Assembly: GCF_963921235.1 (NCBI RefSeq)
Contig: NC_086097.1
Span: 190,094,001 to 190,158,000 of the forward strand
Length of the DNA stretch: 64,000 nucleotides
Source: Mobula hypostoma
Lineage: Eukaryota
Reading direction: 5' to 3'
Shown here: piece after piece, positions 1 to 11,073 of the stretch
How positions within the stretch are numbered: the stretch's first letter is position 1
Layout of the letters: each line of letters starts with the position of its first letter
Notes under the pieces: model-generated
The model's database searches: none
What the model saw: the letters and a program-made list of their open reading frames with translations, nothing else
Told to the model about the DNA's origin: nothing
Program-made: the position numbers and the translations under genes

Positions 1-99
1 GTTAAAAAGAACAGTAAAACGTTCACAGAACAGCATATGTATGGAAACTTAAAGAGCAAGAACCTTGAATTGCCAAAAGATTTCTGAACATTCCTTGAC

Positions 100-246
100 C
101 CATGAACATTGCCTCATTATTCCTTTTACTGAACTATTTCTTTTGCAATTTATAGTAATCTTATGCCTTGCAATATGCCACTGCCACAAAACAACAAATT
201 TCACATTATCAAAGTTAATGATAATAAATCTGATTCTGATTTTGAT
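100..246 (+). mobile_element. Rex1/Babar-type LINE 3' UTR remnant
   Basis: ...ctgccacaaaacaacaaatttcac...gataataaatctgattctgattttgatt: AATAAA followed by a short (TCTGAT)-type tandem tail, typical of a LINE 3' end; family assigned from recall. Confidence 0.5.
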
Positions 247-3200
247 TATGCTACATCAAGAAACAACTGTGAATCTGTGAAGGGCACTACAGTGTGATCA
301 GCTGGAGCATTAAACTGTTCAGAGGAATTTATAACCCAGGCTTATGTGGCAAGATAAACTGAAGCCACAAATACAGATGGCACATTTGTAATTAAAATAC
401 TAGAAGACTGAAGCCTCAGTAGTTACTCAGAGGGATGAACATACATCAAAAGCAAGGGACAATGAGGATGAAGAACAGCCAGCACGACTGCACTTCAAAC
501 AAGAATCAACAGAGACAGTTCATTAAGTAAAGTAAGATCAGCTCAATTCAGGAATCTCTGTACACAACTACTATTAACATGTTTGGGGATCTGTGGAGCT
601 GATTGTAGTTTTGTTGATTTGTAAATAGAATAGTGATTTGTAATAGTGACAGATGTATTGATAGTATTTGTAATACATATAACAGTCAATTAAAATAAAG
701 CTACTTTGTTGAAAACACAAGCCACGTGCTGTAAGGCGCAAAGCCAAACTCTAAAAGTGATTGGAAAATCTCCAGTTCCTGCAGCTTGGTAGCTTTTGCA
801 CTTCAAGACAAATAATAGTGGCTGGAAATGCTTCTGATTTACTGAATCCACAGTCCTAATGGCTGTTTGAATACTGTGCTCAGGAGATCAATGTAGAAAA
901 GAGATGGGCATAGAATATATATTTTAAGGCAGAAGCGATCACCTAAAAGGCTTCTTAGTGGGTCAAAGACTCACTGAGGCTGCAGATCAAGACCACTCAG
1001 TGTGACAGTTGTGAGTTTCAACAGACAGTGGTTAACTTGGAGGAGAAGATTGAAAAAAAGGATGCATTTCTTACCTAAGCACTGAAAGAATTAAACAAGA
1101 TGTAAAAGAGAGAAGAGATAAATGAAAATAGTTCAATATTTACATTATAAAATGACAACACTAAATCATAAGTTCCAGGAACAGATTGTGAAGGATGGAG
1201 TGCAAAGGCAGAAAGTATAATAAAACTGGGTACAGGCAGTCCATTTGCTGAACTAAATAAAACTCACCCGGGAGTCTGTGGACATTTATGGATCACTTAC
1301 GAGGTCATATATGAGTGAGCCCAGGATAATGCCTTTTAACTACAGGCTCAGAACATGAGCTACCTGGAATATTGGGAATAGGGATAAGATTCTGGTTTGG
1401 TTTGATCTCCAGGATGTGAACAATAGTCAAGCTATTGATGCAAAGGAAGATTAAACATGAAAATATGTGAGCACAGGCAATCACTCGGTGAAAGGTTGCC
1501 TAATGTTTACCTGGATATTCTTAATGTAGAAGTACATATCTGAAAAGTGTGTAAAATATCGCCATTCTGTTAACCTAATATATTCTTACCTATGCATATT
1601 GGGGTACTCTCTGGATCATGAGGTGCATGTTCCAGAAACTTCCGTTTGATGAAGTAACATATTATGATGATAGGGTGAAAATTAGATTGATATTAAAATA
1701 CTTGCATTCCAGGAGAATGAGATATAATATTCCATTCAACCAAATAGTATACAAAACATACTATTATCTCATTATTAAATTAGATTGATTTTCTCATGGC
1801 CAGCAGTCAAGAATTACGATCGTTGCTAGCTTAGCGTTTGTGGTAGTAGTCAAGATTTGCATCAAAATATGCACATTTTTTGACAATCATGTGTCACGTG
1901 CTGGTTTTCAAACAGTATGATTAATTTTTGGACTCGTGACCTTGCAGTATGCTCCTTCAAAGATGGCTGATGTTTGAGTTTCTAACCCATCGCCTACAGT
2001 ATATAAAGGGGTTTATTTTTTTTCTTAATTTGTTAATTATTCTAAGTTTGTACCCACATTCTTGGAAGGAATTTTGAACTAAAACCAAACATTTCGATTC
2101 AAATCTTGTCATGTTTGCTTTTAATCAACAGGTGTCTTGACAGCTGTGAGAAATTAAAGATAAATAGTCGCTTTGAAGATGAAATTGAAAATAACAGAGT
2201 CTGATTTTAAATCAATGGATATTTTAAAGAAAATGTGTTTTAATTTGGCTTCAGTAAAGAAATTGCTCTTATTACAGGGAATGTGAATTAGGAAGAGTAT
2301 TATTAACAGTATTATTTTGCAGTAATTTGAACACTCATTATATGACTGTTTAATGAAATAACTGCAAGTCTGTAAATTAGTTTTCAGATGGACTCCTCCC
2401 ATAGCTGAAATATTTTAAATCTGGTTGATGAGTTACCAAAAATCTATATGTCAATTTATTTTATACTGTATTTGAAAAACAAATCTCTGAATTTTTTTCA
2501 CCCTTTCAACGAAAGTATTTAAACTATGTGAAGCTCCGATGATATTTGTATTCTTCCATTAAAACATACATTGGTTTAGTTAATGTGACTATTAATTTTC
2601 TTCATTTCTCTTTAGGTTTTATTTTAATCACTGAAGAATCCATTGTCCTTAAAAAAGAACAGCTGCATGTAGTTTACTAGTTTGTCTAAAAGCACAGGCT
2701 TTCTTTCTCCGCATTGGCTTTCTTTTTTGTTTTACTTTATTGGCTAAGAAATATTGAGCTAAATTAATATTGGAAAGAATAAGGACCAAAAATCGAGAAT
2801 AGACGAGTGTAAGTCTGATAATATTATGAGTTATGCAAGAGTATCAAACTATGCATATGGATTTCCCATATATTTTTATTCACAAATATAAATTTTGGAT
2901 TGGTACTTAAGAATTTTAAAGTGTTTGGGATATATTCTCAAAGAGAACTTTTCTTAATTAGACTGTTTTCTTTCATAAAGATAATTAAACACAGGAACAA
3001 GAAGAGGAGTTTCTTTTACAATATTTTTCACTACAATAATAACCAAAGGAATTGGTTTTCAACCTGGCTCACAACATCACAGACACATCCTCATGTAGCA
3101 TGAAGTGATCAAAACACTTCCACAATTTGGCTTCTCCCGCCATCTGCAACTCCCTTTCTTCTGATTCTTTTTCTCACTTTTATCTTAAATCAAGTCTTGA

Positions 3201-4140
3201 AAGTAAAAGCTCTGAAAGTCACTCAGTACATTTAATCCAGCAAAAACTAACATGGAATAGGGAATGTGATGGTTAGGTTGGCACAAAAGGTACAGCGTTA
3301 GAGCATACCCATGATTTTGAAGGTTACTGATGGGTTTGACAGAATTCTTATGTGTTTTGTTTTCAATTTCTCTGGTAAGATTACTTTATTAATGCTGTTT
3401 ATATGTCAATCTTCTAAACATGCTCACTCTTGAACTTATAAACCTTAAGAAATATAATTCATGTAAGTAATTTGACTTTGCTGCTAACATGCATATACAT
3501 AGTAGATTGATTTATGTCTTTAACTTGTTTGAAATCAAGTAGAATAGGACAGATCTAGTCTTGGATACTGTGGTTGTGTGCCAAGGTTCAACTTGTTTGA
3601 CAATTTTCATGCTGTAAGCAACAGCATGCATTTGAGGGGGGAAAATTAAATATCTTTTTGCAAATATGTGGTTGAATAGATAAATGAAAGATTTTTTGAT
3701 GGAAAATATAGAAAAATGCAACTGTGGATACTTAATAAGCAATAACCTTAGTTATATGTGTGCAATTTTCTTTTAAGTCAAGAAGCAGCTCCCACTAGTG
3801 AAAGAGAGAATAAATTAATAAACTGGATCTTCATGGGTTTATCAAGAACAGGACCATTCACAGGAGATGATAAACCAGGTCTACATGACATTGTAGTCAT
3901 GATGGGCAATCAGTAGGTAATCATACAACTACCTCAGTATATAGTGAGGATAAAGGGAGGGAGGTATCAGAATTGGTGCTGCATTTGGGGGGAGTCAATA
4001 CAGTCAGATGACTTTGGAAAGCACAGTTGACCCACACTAGCTACCTGATGAATATTCATGTATCCTGCAACCACGAACTAACTTGGGAACTTCTGTGTGC
4101 AATAGTGGTTTGGTCGATTTGCAAGTAGAATAACCTGTGG

Positions 4141-4352
4141 TGGCATGGTGCATGGTAGCATTGTGGTTAGTGTATCGCTATTAGTTCAATTCCTGCCACA
4201 GTCTGTAAGGAGTTTGTACGTTCTTCCTGTGACCATATGGGTTTCATCCCACATTCTAAAGACACACAGCTTAGTAGGTTAATTGGCCATGTGGTGCAAA
4301 TGGACAGCACCGGCTCATTGTGCCATTCTTTGTCTCTCTAAATAAAATAATA
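4141..4352 (+). mobile_element. tRNA-derived V-SINE (HE1-like), internally deleted
   Basis: Box A-like tagcattgtgg, box B-like agttcaattcc, V-domain-like gagtttgtacgttcttcctgtg, A-rich tail taaataaaataa; similar to the copies at 40355 and 48425. Confidence 0.7.
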
Positions 4353-4429
4353 ATTTGTAATAATGTAAGCATAGTTGTTTAGAGCATATACATATACAAA
4401 ATACAGCTGTTTGATTATAGTTGAGTATC

Positions 4430-5540
4430 TTTAATCAATAGAGAGGATAGAGAGGAGAAACTCTCTAAACTAGAATTATTTCATTCTAAACAAAGGATAT
4501 AGAGGTCAAATTTAATCAACATGTTTAAAATTGAATCACCTCAGCCAGCTGAAGAGGAAAGGCTTATTTCACTGAGCAGAGACGTTTGTAACTATTGGAA
4601 GCAAATTTGATTAGTGATGAATAGAGAGTGAAAGTTGAAAGAGTTTTTTCACTAGTGGAGAACTCCTACATACTGCCTAATTCCAAATCTACTAAGCTAC
4701 TACAGGCAAGTGGAATGTAATGTGGTAAAATGTCATGTCATCTATGTTGATGATATGGAAAGGAGTAGTGTATTTTAAGTGATGAGAAGCTGCAAGGTGT
4801 TCCTGGATATGAATCAATCAAAATTCGCATATGATACAAAAATTAGGAAATAAAATATTATATTGACTTTATTATATGAGGATTTGAGTATAAAAATAGA
4901 AAACTCCATTCTGTTTTATAGAACACTTGTGAGGCTACACTTGGTATATTGTTGATAACTGTGACCTCCATATTCAAGATATATTTGAAAAAGTAAAGCA
5001 AAGAAACCCCCAGATTGAATCGTTCAAATAGCAGCTTTATCATTCAACTAGAGGTTATACCCATGACCTTAAGTTTAAAAGAATGTGAGGTGATGTGATT
5101 AAAATTACTCAATTCCTACGGAGCTTTACAGGCTATAGACATGGAGTTAAAGTTTCTCCTGGCTGGGGAAGTCGAGATCCGAGGATACCACTCTCAAGAT
5201 AAGGATTTGGCCATTTTGCACAGAACTGAGAAGTAACAGTGAATCTCTGGAATTGTCAATCACTGAGTATATTGGAAAGAATCAAGAAAAACTTTGGGAA
5301 CGTGGTGCTGAGTTAAAAGGTAAGTCGTAGTCTTAAAACATGTATTTTTGTGTCTTTTTATCTGACATGCTGGTGGAGAGACAGGCTCTCACTGAATTTA
5401 AAAGTCATCTGGATGAGTGTTCAAAGGCCTATAACACACAAAGCCGGAAAATGGAAGTATTCTAAGTAGCTCTCTTTACAGTCAGCATGGGTGCCATGAT
5501 CCAAATGACCTCCCATGCAGTAAATTTCTATAATTCTGTT
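4430..5540 (+). mobile_element. Cluster of old, decayed CR1 3' fragments
   Basis: Degenerate matches to the ORF2 C-terminus and 3' UTR seen in younger copies (ggcaagtggaatgtaatgtggtaaaatgt; gaggtgatgtgattaaaatt; gtgaatctctggaatt); no open frame. Confidence 0.5.
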
Positions 5541-6030
5541 GATGACTCATTCCATCACTTTACAGTTGATGAGGGGAGAGTAATGGGGAGGTAATTGGCC
5601 AGACTGGATTTATCTGCTCTTTCTGGACAAGAGAGGTTTGGAGAATTTTTCACTTCGTTGTTTAAATGTCAGCCTTGTTGCTGTACTGAGACAGCTGAGC
5701 TATAGTTGTGGCTGATTCTTGAGAGTGTATTCTGCACCATTCTTAAAATGGTTTTAGGGTCCTTAGCGTTTGCTCTTTCTGGTGTATTCAGCCAACTATT
5801 TTTGTCAGACTAGCTGAAGACTGCCAGGGTAATGATGCATGCCAGGGTCCAAGGACTAAATGGCTGATTACAAATGCTCAGTTTGTCTTTTGTGTATAGT
5901 ACTCTAATGCCCTTCACCTCCAGTTGTTTGAACATGGACTGCTATTCACAAGTGGCCACAGTAGGACTGCAGATGTTGAGATAATATATTTTTTGAAGGA
6001 TTACTGAGCTTTGACTGCAGCATTTTCCAT
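5540..6030 (-). mobile_element. Very old LINE (CR1/L2 group) RT fragment
   Basis: Minus strand of 5545-5630 reads approximately 'QKEQINPVWPITSPLLSPHQL', with frameshifted similarity to the LINE RT motif 'KxDKSNPANYRPISLLS'. Confidence 0.4.
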
Positions 6031-6980
6031 TAACATTGGCACTCTATTCTTAAAAGCTGACAAGGTAGACAGAGAAAAAATATTCCTGGATCCTTAAAAG
6101 AAATAGAACATCCCCACAGGTTCCTGGGACATTTTGTCCCAAGTCTGTTCAAATTATAGAAGGTGTATTCAAGATGTCACAGGATAAATAGACCCTTCGG
6201 AAGAAGTGGAAGGTACAGAGGCCGCAGAACCTAAACCCTTGCCTCATCTGTGTAAGAGTCTGTGTTCCCACATTGGTTTCATTTCTGAACACATAAAGCT
6301 AGTGGAAGTAAACATTCTTTATTCCTGAGGGGTTGCCAAGGAGAAAAAGAAGGAGTGATGACAAAGTTTGTGTTTGGAGGTTATGGGCACAAACTTTAGT
6401 CATACACATACTGTATCTAGGCCAATGTAATGGAAGCCATTTCACTCCTACAGTTGCTATCTTTCTGCTGAAACATTAAATCAAGACACAATGTCCTTCT
6501 GGTCTTTAAAGTGGAAAGAAATGACTGTTTAAAAAGTACTTCGAAGAGGCAAGGCAATTATCCCAGTTGCCCTGGGAAGTCTTGAATACCTGGTCACTAA
6601 CACGTTGGTAGATGAGGGTTCAAAAATGGCTGTCACATTTCTTATGTCACATCTGTGAACATTCTTCAAAGGTACATCATTACAGTCAAACACCTTGGGA
6701 CATTCTGCACTAGGAGGAGCACTTTCTAAATACAAATCTTTAGTTACTTACACTATTTTGACCCCGCATCACCTATGTGTCTACAACATAGTGAAGATTT
6801 GTATCAATCAAGGCTGCATAATTCCTGCAGTGTTGTTTCTCAATCTTTCTTGCTGTAATCCCTACCTCCAACAAACTTGCTACACATAGATTTTTCAGAA
6901 CTAACGGAAACTGTTTAATTTATGTTGCCTCCACTCCAGAAGCAAGCTCACTTCCAACCTTAGCAGTCGAACTATAGAAT

Positions 6981-7133
6981 GCAACACGCACAAAATGCTG
7001 GAGGAACTCAGCAGGTCGGGCAGCATCTGTGGACCGAGACCCTTCGTTTCCACGGATGCTGCCTGACCTGCTGAATTCCTCCAGCATTTTGTGCGTATTG
7101 CTTTGACCCCAGCATCTGCAGAGTATTTTGTGT
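6981..7133. mobile_element. Short palindromic Penelope-derived element (inverted pLTR arms plus 32-nt tail)
   Basis: 53-bp inverted arms at 6981-7033 and 7049-7101; the spacer is an antisense piece of hammerhead stem II; near-perfect 15-bp TSD gaactatag(a/c)atgca at 6969-6983 and 7134-7148; arm sequence matches the 3' end of the PLE at 8215-9413. Confidence 0.85.
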
Positions 7134-8214
7134 GAACTATAGCATGCAGTGTTTGGCTATTGATGTCTAATTAAATTCTCTAATAGCAATTGATTTTGAG
7201 AGAAAACTTGCAAGTAGAATAAACCAAACAGTAAGAGTTTCTATGGAAATATAAATAGGGAAATGGTTGCTAAGGTACGTGTGGGACCTGTAGGGAATGA
7301 AGTTGGTAAATTAATGACACAGAAAAAAAGAATGTGTAAAAATCTATTTCTTTTGCATCAGTATTCACCATGAGATACTGTAAATATCTCTGATAACAGA
7401 TGGATTAATTTAAAACAACAGGTAACAATTTGTGCACAAGGGATAGTGTTAATATAATTTACTTTTCATGAGACCACAACATGGTTTCATGAAAAGTAAA
7501 TCATATTTGACTAATTTGCTTGAATTTTTTTGAAGGTATGACAGGGAGAGGGGAGCAGGAACCCTATAGATGCAGTGTATTTACATTTCACAAAAGACAT
7601 TTGACAAGGTGCTATATAAGAGACATGCATAAATTAAGAGTTTAAGGTACAGGTGGAAGTGCATAATCATAGATTAAGAATTGGCTGTTACAAAGAAAAC
7701 ATAGGATTTGAATAAAGGTTTTTGTTCAGGTTGGAGGGATATAACTAGGAATGCACTGCAGGATTGGTTCTCAACGTTCAAAGTTAAAAGTAAATTTATT
7801 CTCGAAGTGAATATACCACAATGATCATATCACCATATACAACAGTGAGATTCATTTTCCTGCGGGCATACTCAAATAATTCATATTAGAATAATAACCA
7901 TAATAGAATCAATGAAAGACGGCACCAACTTGGGTGTTCAACCATTGTGCAAAAGAACAATAAACGGTGCAAATACAAAAAGAAATGAATCATGTTAATA
8001 ACTAAATAAGCAATATATATTGAGAACATGAGATGAAAAGTCCTTGAAAGTGAGTCCACAGGTTGTGGGAAAATTTCAGTGATGGAGCAAGTGAAGTTGA
8101 AGTATCCCCTTTCGGCCAATGGCTGAGGGATAATAATTGTTCCTGAACCTTGTGGTGTGAGTCCTGAGGCTTGTGTACCTAATGGCAACAGTGGGAAGAG
8201 AGCATACTCTGTGT

Positions 8215-9413
8215 ATATACTTCTTCTACAAGCCCACTGACTCTCATAACTACCTCAACTATACCTCTTCCCACCCTGCCACATGCAAAGATGCCATTCC
8301 CTATTCCCAATTCCTCCGTCTTTGCCGCATCTGCTCCAAGGATGAGGTTTTCCATTCCAGGACATCTCAAATGTCCTTTTTCTTTAAGGATCGTTGTTTC
8401 CCTTCTGCTGTCATCAATGATGCCCTCACCCGCATCTCCTCCATTTCCCGCACTTCGGCCCTCACCCCATCCTCCCGCCACCACAATAGGGACAGAGTTC
8501 CCCTTGTCCTCACCTACCACCCCACCAGCCTCCGGATCCAGCACATTATCCTCCACAACTTCCACCACCTTCAACAGGACCCTACCATTCCTCAGGGATC
8601 GGTCTCTCCCCACGGATCTCCCACCCGGCACTTATCCCTGTAAGCGCAAGTGCTACACCTGTCCCTACACCTCTCTTGCCACCATTCAGGGCCCCAAACA
8701 ATCCTTCCAAGTGAGGTAACACTTCACTTGTGAGTCTGTTGGGGTCATCTATTGCATCCGGTGCTCCCGGTGCGGCCTCCTCTACATCAGAGAAACCCGA
8801 TGCAGATGGGGGGACCACTTCGTCGAGCACCTCCACTCCATCCACCAAAATTGACAGGATCTCCCAGTAGCCACCCACTTCAACTCTGCTTCCCACTCCC
8901 ATTCAGATATGTCCATACATGGCCTCCTCTACTGCCATGATGAGGCTAAACTCAGGTTGGAGGAACAACACCTCATGTACCGTCTAGCTAGTCTCCAGCC
9001 CCTTAGTATGAACATAGAATTCTCCAACTTCTGGTAATTCCCTCCCTCTCCCTTCCTCTATCCCTATGTCACTCTGCCCCCTCCCTCAGCTGCCTATCGC
9101 CTCCTTCTACTACCCATTGTGTTTTCCCCTATTCCTTCTTCACCTTTCCTGCCTATTACCTCCCTGCCTCCCTTCCCCCGCCCCTTTATCTTTCCCCTTA
9201 CTGGTTCTTCACCTGGAACCTACCAGCCTTCTCCTTCCCACCCTCCCCCCACCTTCCTTATAGGGCCTCTGCCCCTTCCCTCTACGGTCCTGACGAAGGG
9301 TTCTGGCCCGAAATGTCGCCTGATCTTTTCCACGGATGCTGCCCGACCTGCTGAGTTCCTCCAGCGTGTTTTGAGTGTTGCTTTGACCCCAGCATCTGCA
9401 GATTATTTTGTGT
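8215..9413 (+). mobile_element. Penelope-like element, 5'-truncated (RT thumb, GIY-YIG endonuclease, pLTR with hammerhead motif)
   Basis: YKPTDSHNYLNYTSSHP..CKDAIPYSQFLRLCRICS; CKRKCYTCPY; VIYCIRCSRCGLLYI.ETR (GIY-YIG) across frameshifts; perfect 11-bp TSD ATACTCTGTGT at 8204-8214 and 9414-9424. Confidence 0.92.
9284..9323 (+). ncRNA. Minimal type-I hammerhead ribozyme motif in PLE terminal repeat
   Basis: CTGACGA (9290-9296), GGG/CCC stem II, GAAA (9310-9313), then TGTC with GUC triplet ending at 9317; stem I imperfect. Confidence 0.7.
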
Positions 9414-11073
9414 ATACTCTGTGTGGTGGGGTCTCTGATGATGGATGCTGCTTTCCTGAGAAAATGCTTTGTGTAGATGTGCTCAGTGGTGAGGAGGGCT
9501 TTACTCATGAAAGACTGGACCGTATCCACTACCTTTTGTAGTATTTTCCATTCAGGGGCATTGGTGTCTCCATACCAGGCTGTGATGCAGCCAGTCAATA
9601 TACTCTCCAACACACATCTACAGAGGTTTGACAAAGTTTTGGATGTCATACCAAATCTTTGCAAACTCCTATGGGATTGCACTTATGTGCTGGGCCCAAC
9701 AGAGGTCCTCCAAAATGATAACATTGAGGAATTTAAAGTTGCTGACTCTCTCCACCTCTAATCTCCTAGGTCTTGCTGACATTGAGTACGAGGTTGATGC
9801 TGTGGCACCACTCAGCCAGATTTTCAATCTCCCTCCTAGATGCTGATTCATCACCACTTTTGATTTGGCCCATGTTAGTGGTGTCATCACCAACCTTGAG
9901 CATGGCATTAGAGCTGTGCTTAGCCACACAGTCGTAAGTGTGAAGCAGGAAGCTCTAATGTTGATATTTATATTACTAACCTGGAGAAGGGAATGAAATG
10001 TAAGGTTTACAAGTTTGCCAATGATTCATAATGGTGTAAGAGCAGGTTGTGATGAGGACATTGTGATTCTGCCATGACATATAGCCAGATGAAGTGAGTG
10101 GGATTTATGAAGTATCTGGACAAGCAGTATTTGCGAAAGCATAGGAGGTGCGGGGCCAAGGGCTGGTAAATGGGAATCATACAATACATACAAAATGCAT
10201 CTATGGAAATAAATAAACAGTTGACATATTGGGTGGAGACCTTTTTTCAAGACTGTAAAGGAAGGGGGAAACTGCTAGAATAAAAATGTGGGTGAATGGG
10301 AAAGAGGACCAGCTAGAAGGTGATAGATGAAGCCAGGTAGGTAGGAAAGGCTGGAGAAGGAGGAATCTGATAGGAGAGGAGAATGGACCATAGGAAAAAG
10401 GGAAGAAGGAGGGGCACCAGGGGTAGATGATAGGCAGGTGAGGAGAAGAGGTAAGAAGCCAGAGAGGGGGATAGAAGAAAAGGAAGGAGGAAAAAATTAC
10501 TGGAAGGAGAAATTGATGTTTGTGCCATCAGGTTGGAGACTACCTAATGGAATTTGAGGTGTTGTACCTCCAACCAGAGAGTAGCTATGGCAAAAAAGAA
10601 GACCATGGACTGATATGTCAGAAAAGGAATGGGCCAAGGGAAAGTTCGCTTTTGGCAGATGGAGTGGAGATGCTTGACAAAGTGCCCTCCAAATTACGTA
10701 AAGTCTTGCCAGTGTAGAGTAGGCCGCATTTGGAACATCAGATACAATAGGCAACCTCAACAGGTTCACAGGTGAAGTGTTGCCTCACCTGGAAGGACTG
10801 TTTAGGGCTTTGAACGGAGGTAAGGGAGGAAATGAACAGTCAGGTGTAGTATTTCTGTTGCTTTAAGGGATTTGTGTTGAGTGAGATTAATGGGAAGGGA
10901 TGAATGGACAAAGAAATCACGGAGAAAATGATTCCCCTGTGGTAAACAGAGAGTAGGAATGGGAGGTAAAGATGTATTTGCTGGTAGGATCCCATTGAAG
11001 ATGGCAGAGGTTGGGGATAATGATGTGTTGGATGCAGAGGCTACCAAAACCTGGATAGTGAGGATCCAAAAGT

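Larger units (their letters stand above)
7776..9950 (-). mobile_element. Rex1/Babar LINE 3' portion, split by a Penelope insertion
   Basis: Minus-strand ORFs 9209-9682 (CVLESILTGCITAWYG...LQKVVDTVQS) and 9669-9929 (VERVSNFKFLNVIILEDL); tail ttcaaagttaaaagtaaatttatt at 7776. Confidence 0.8.
7170..10190 (+). mobile_element. Old CR1 RT region split by a Rex1 insertion (CR1 parts about 7170-7772 and 9952-10190)
   Basis: caacatggtttcatgaaaagtaaatcatatttgactaatttg (QHGF...LTNL) and atttgacaaggtgc; after the gap, aagtttgccaatgat (KFAxD) resumes collinearly. Confidence 0.6.

Noticed and set aside
250..1600. Possible very old LTR-element internal sequence
   Set aside because: Only vague purine-rich coding-like texture; no diagnostic motif could be read
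1994..2003. ctacagtata resembling the start of miR-144
   Set aside because: The match ends after about 10 nt and there is no precursor hairpin
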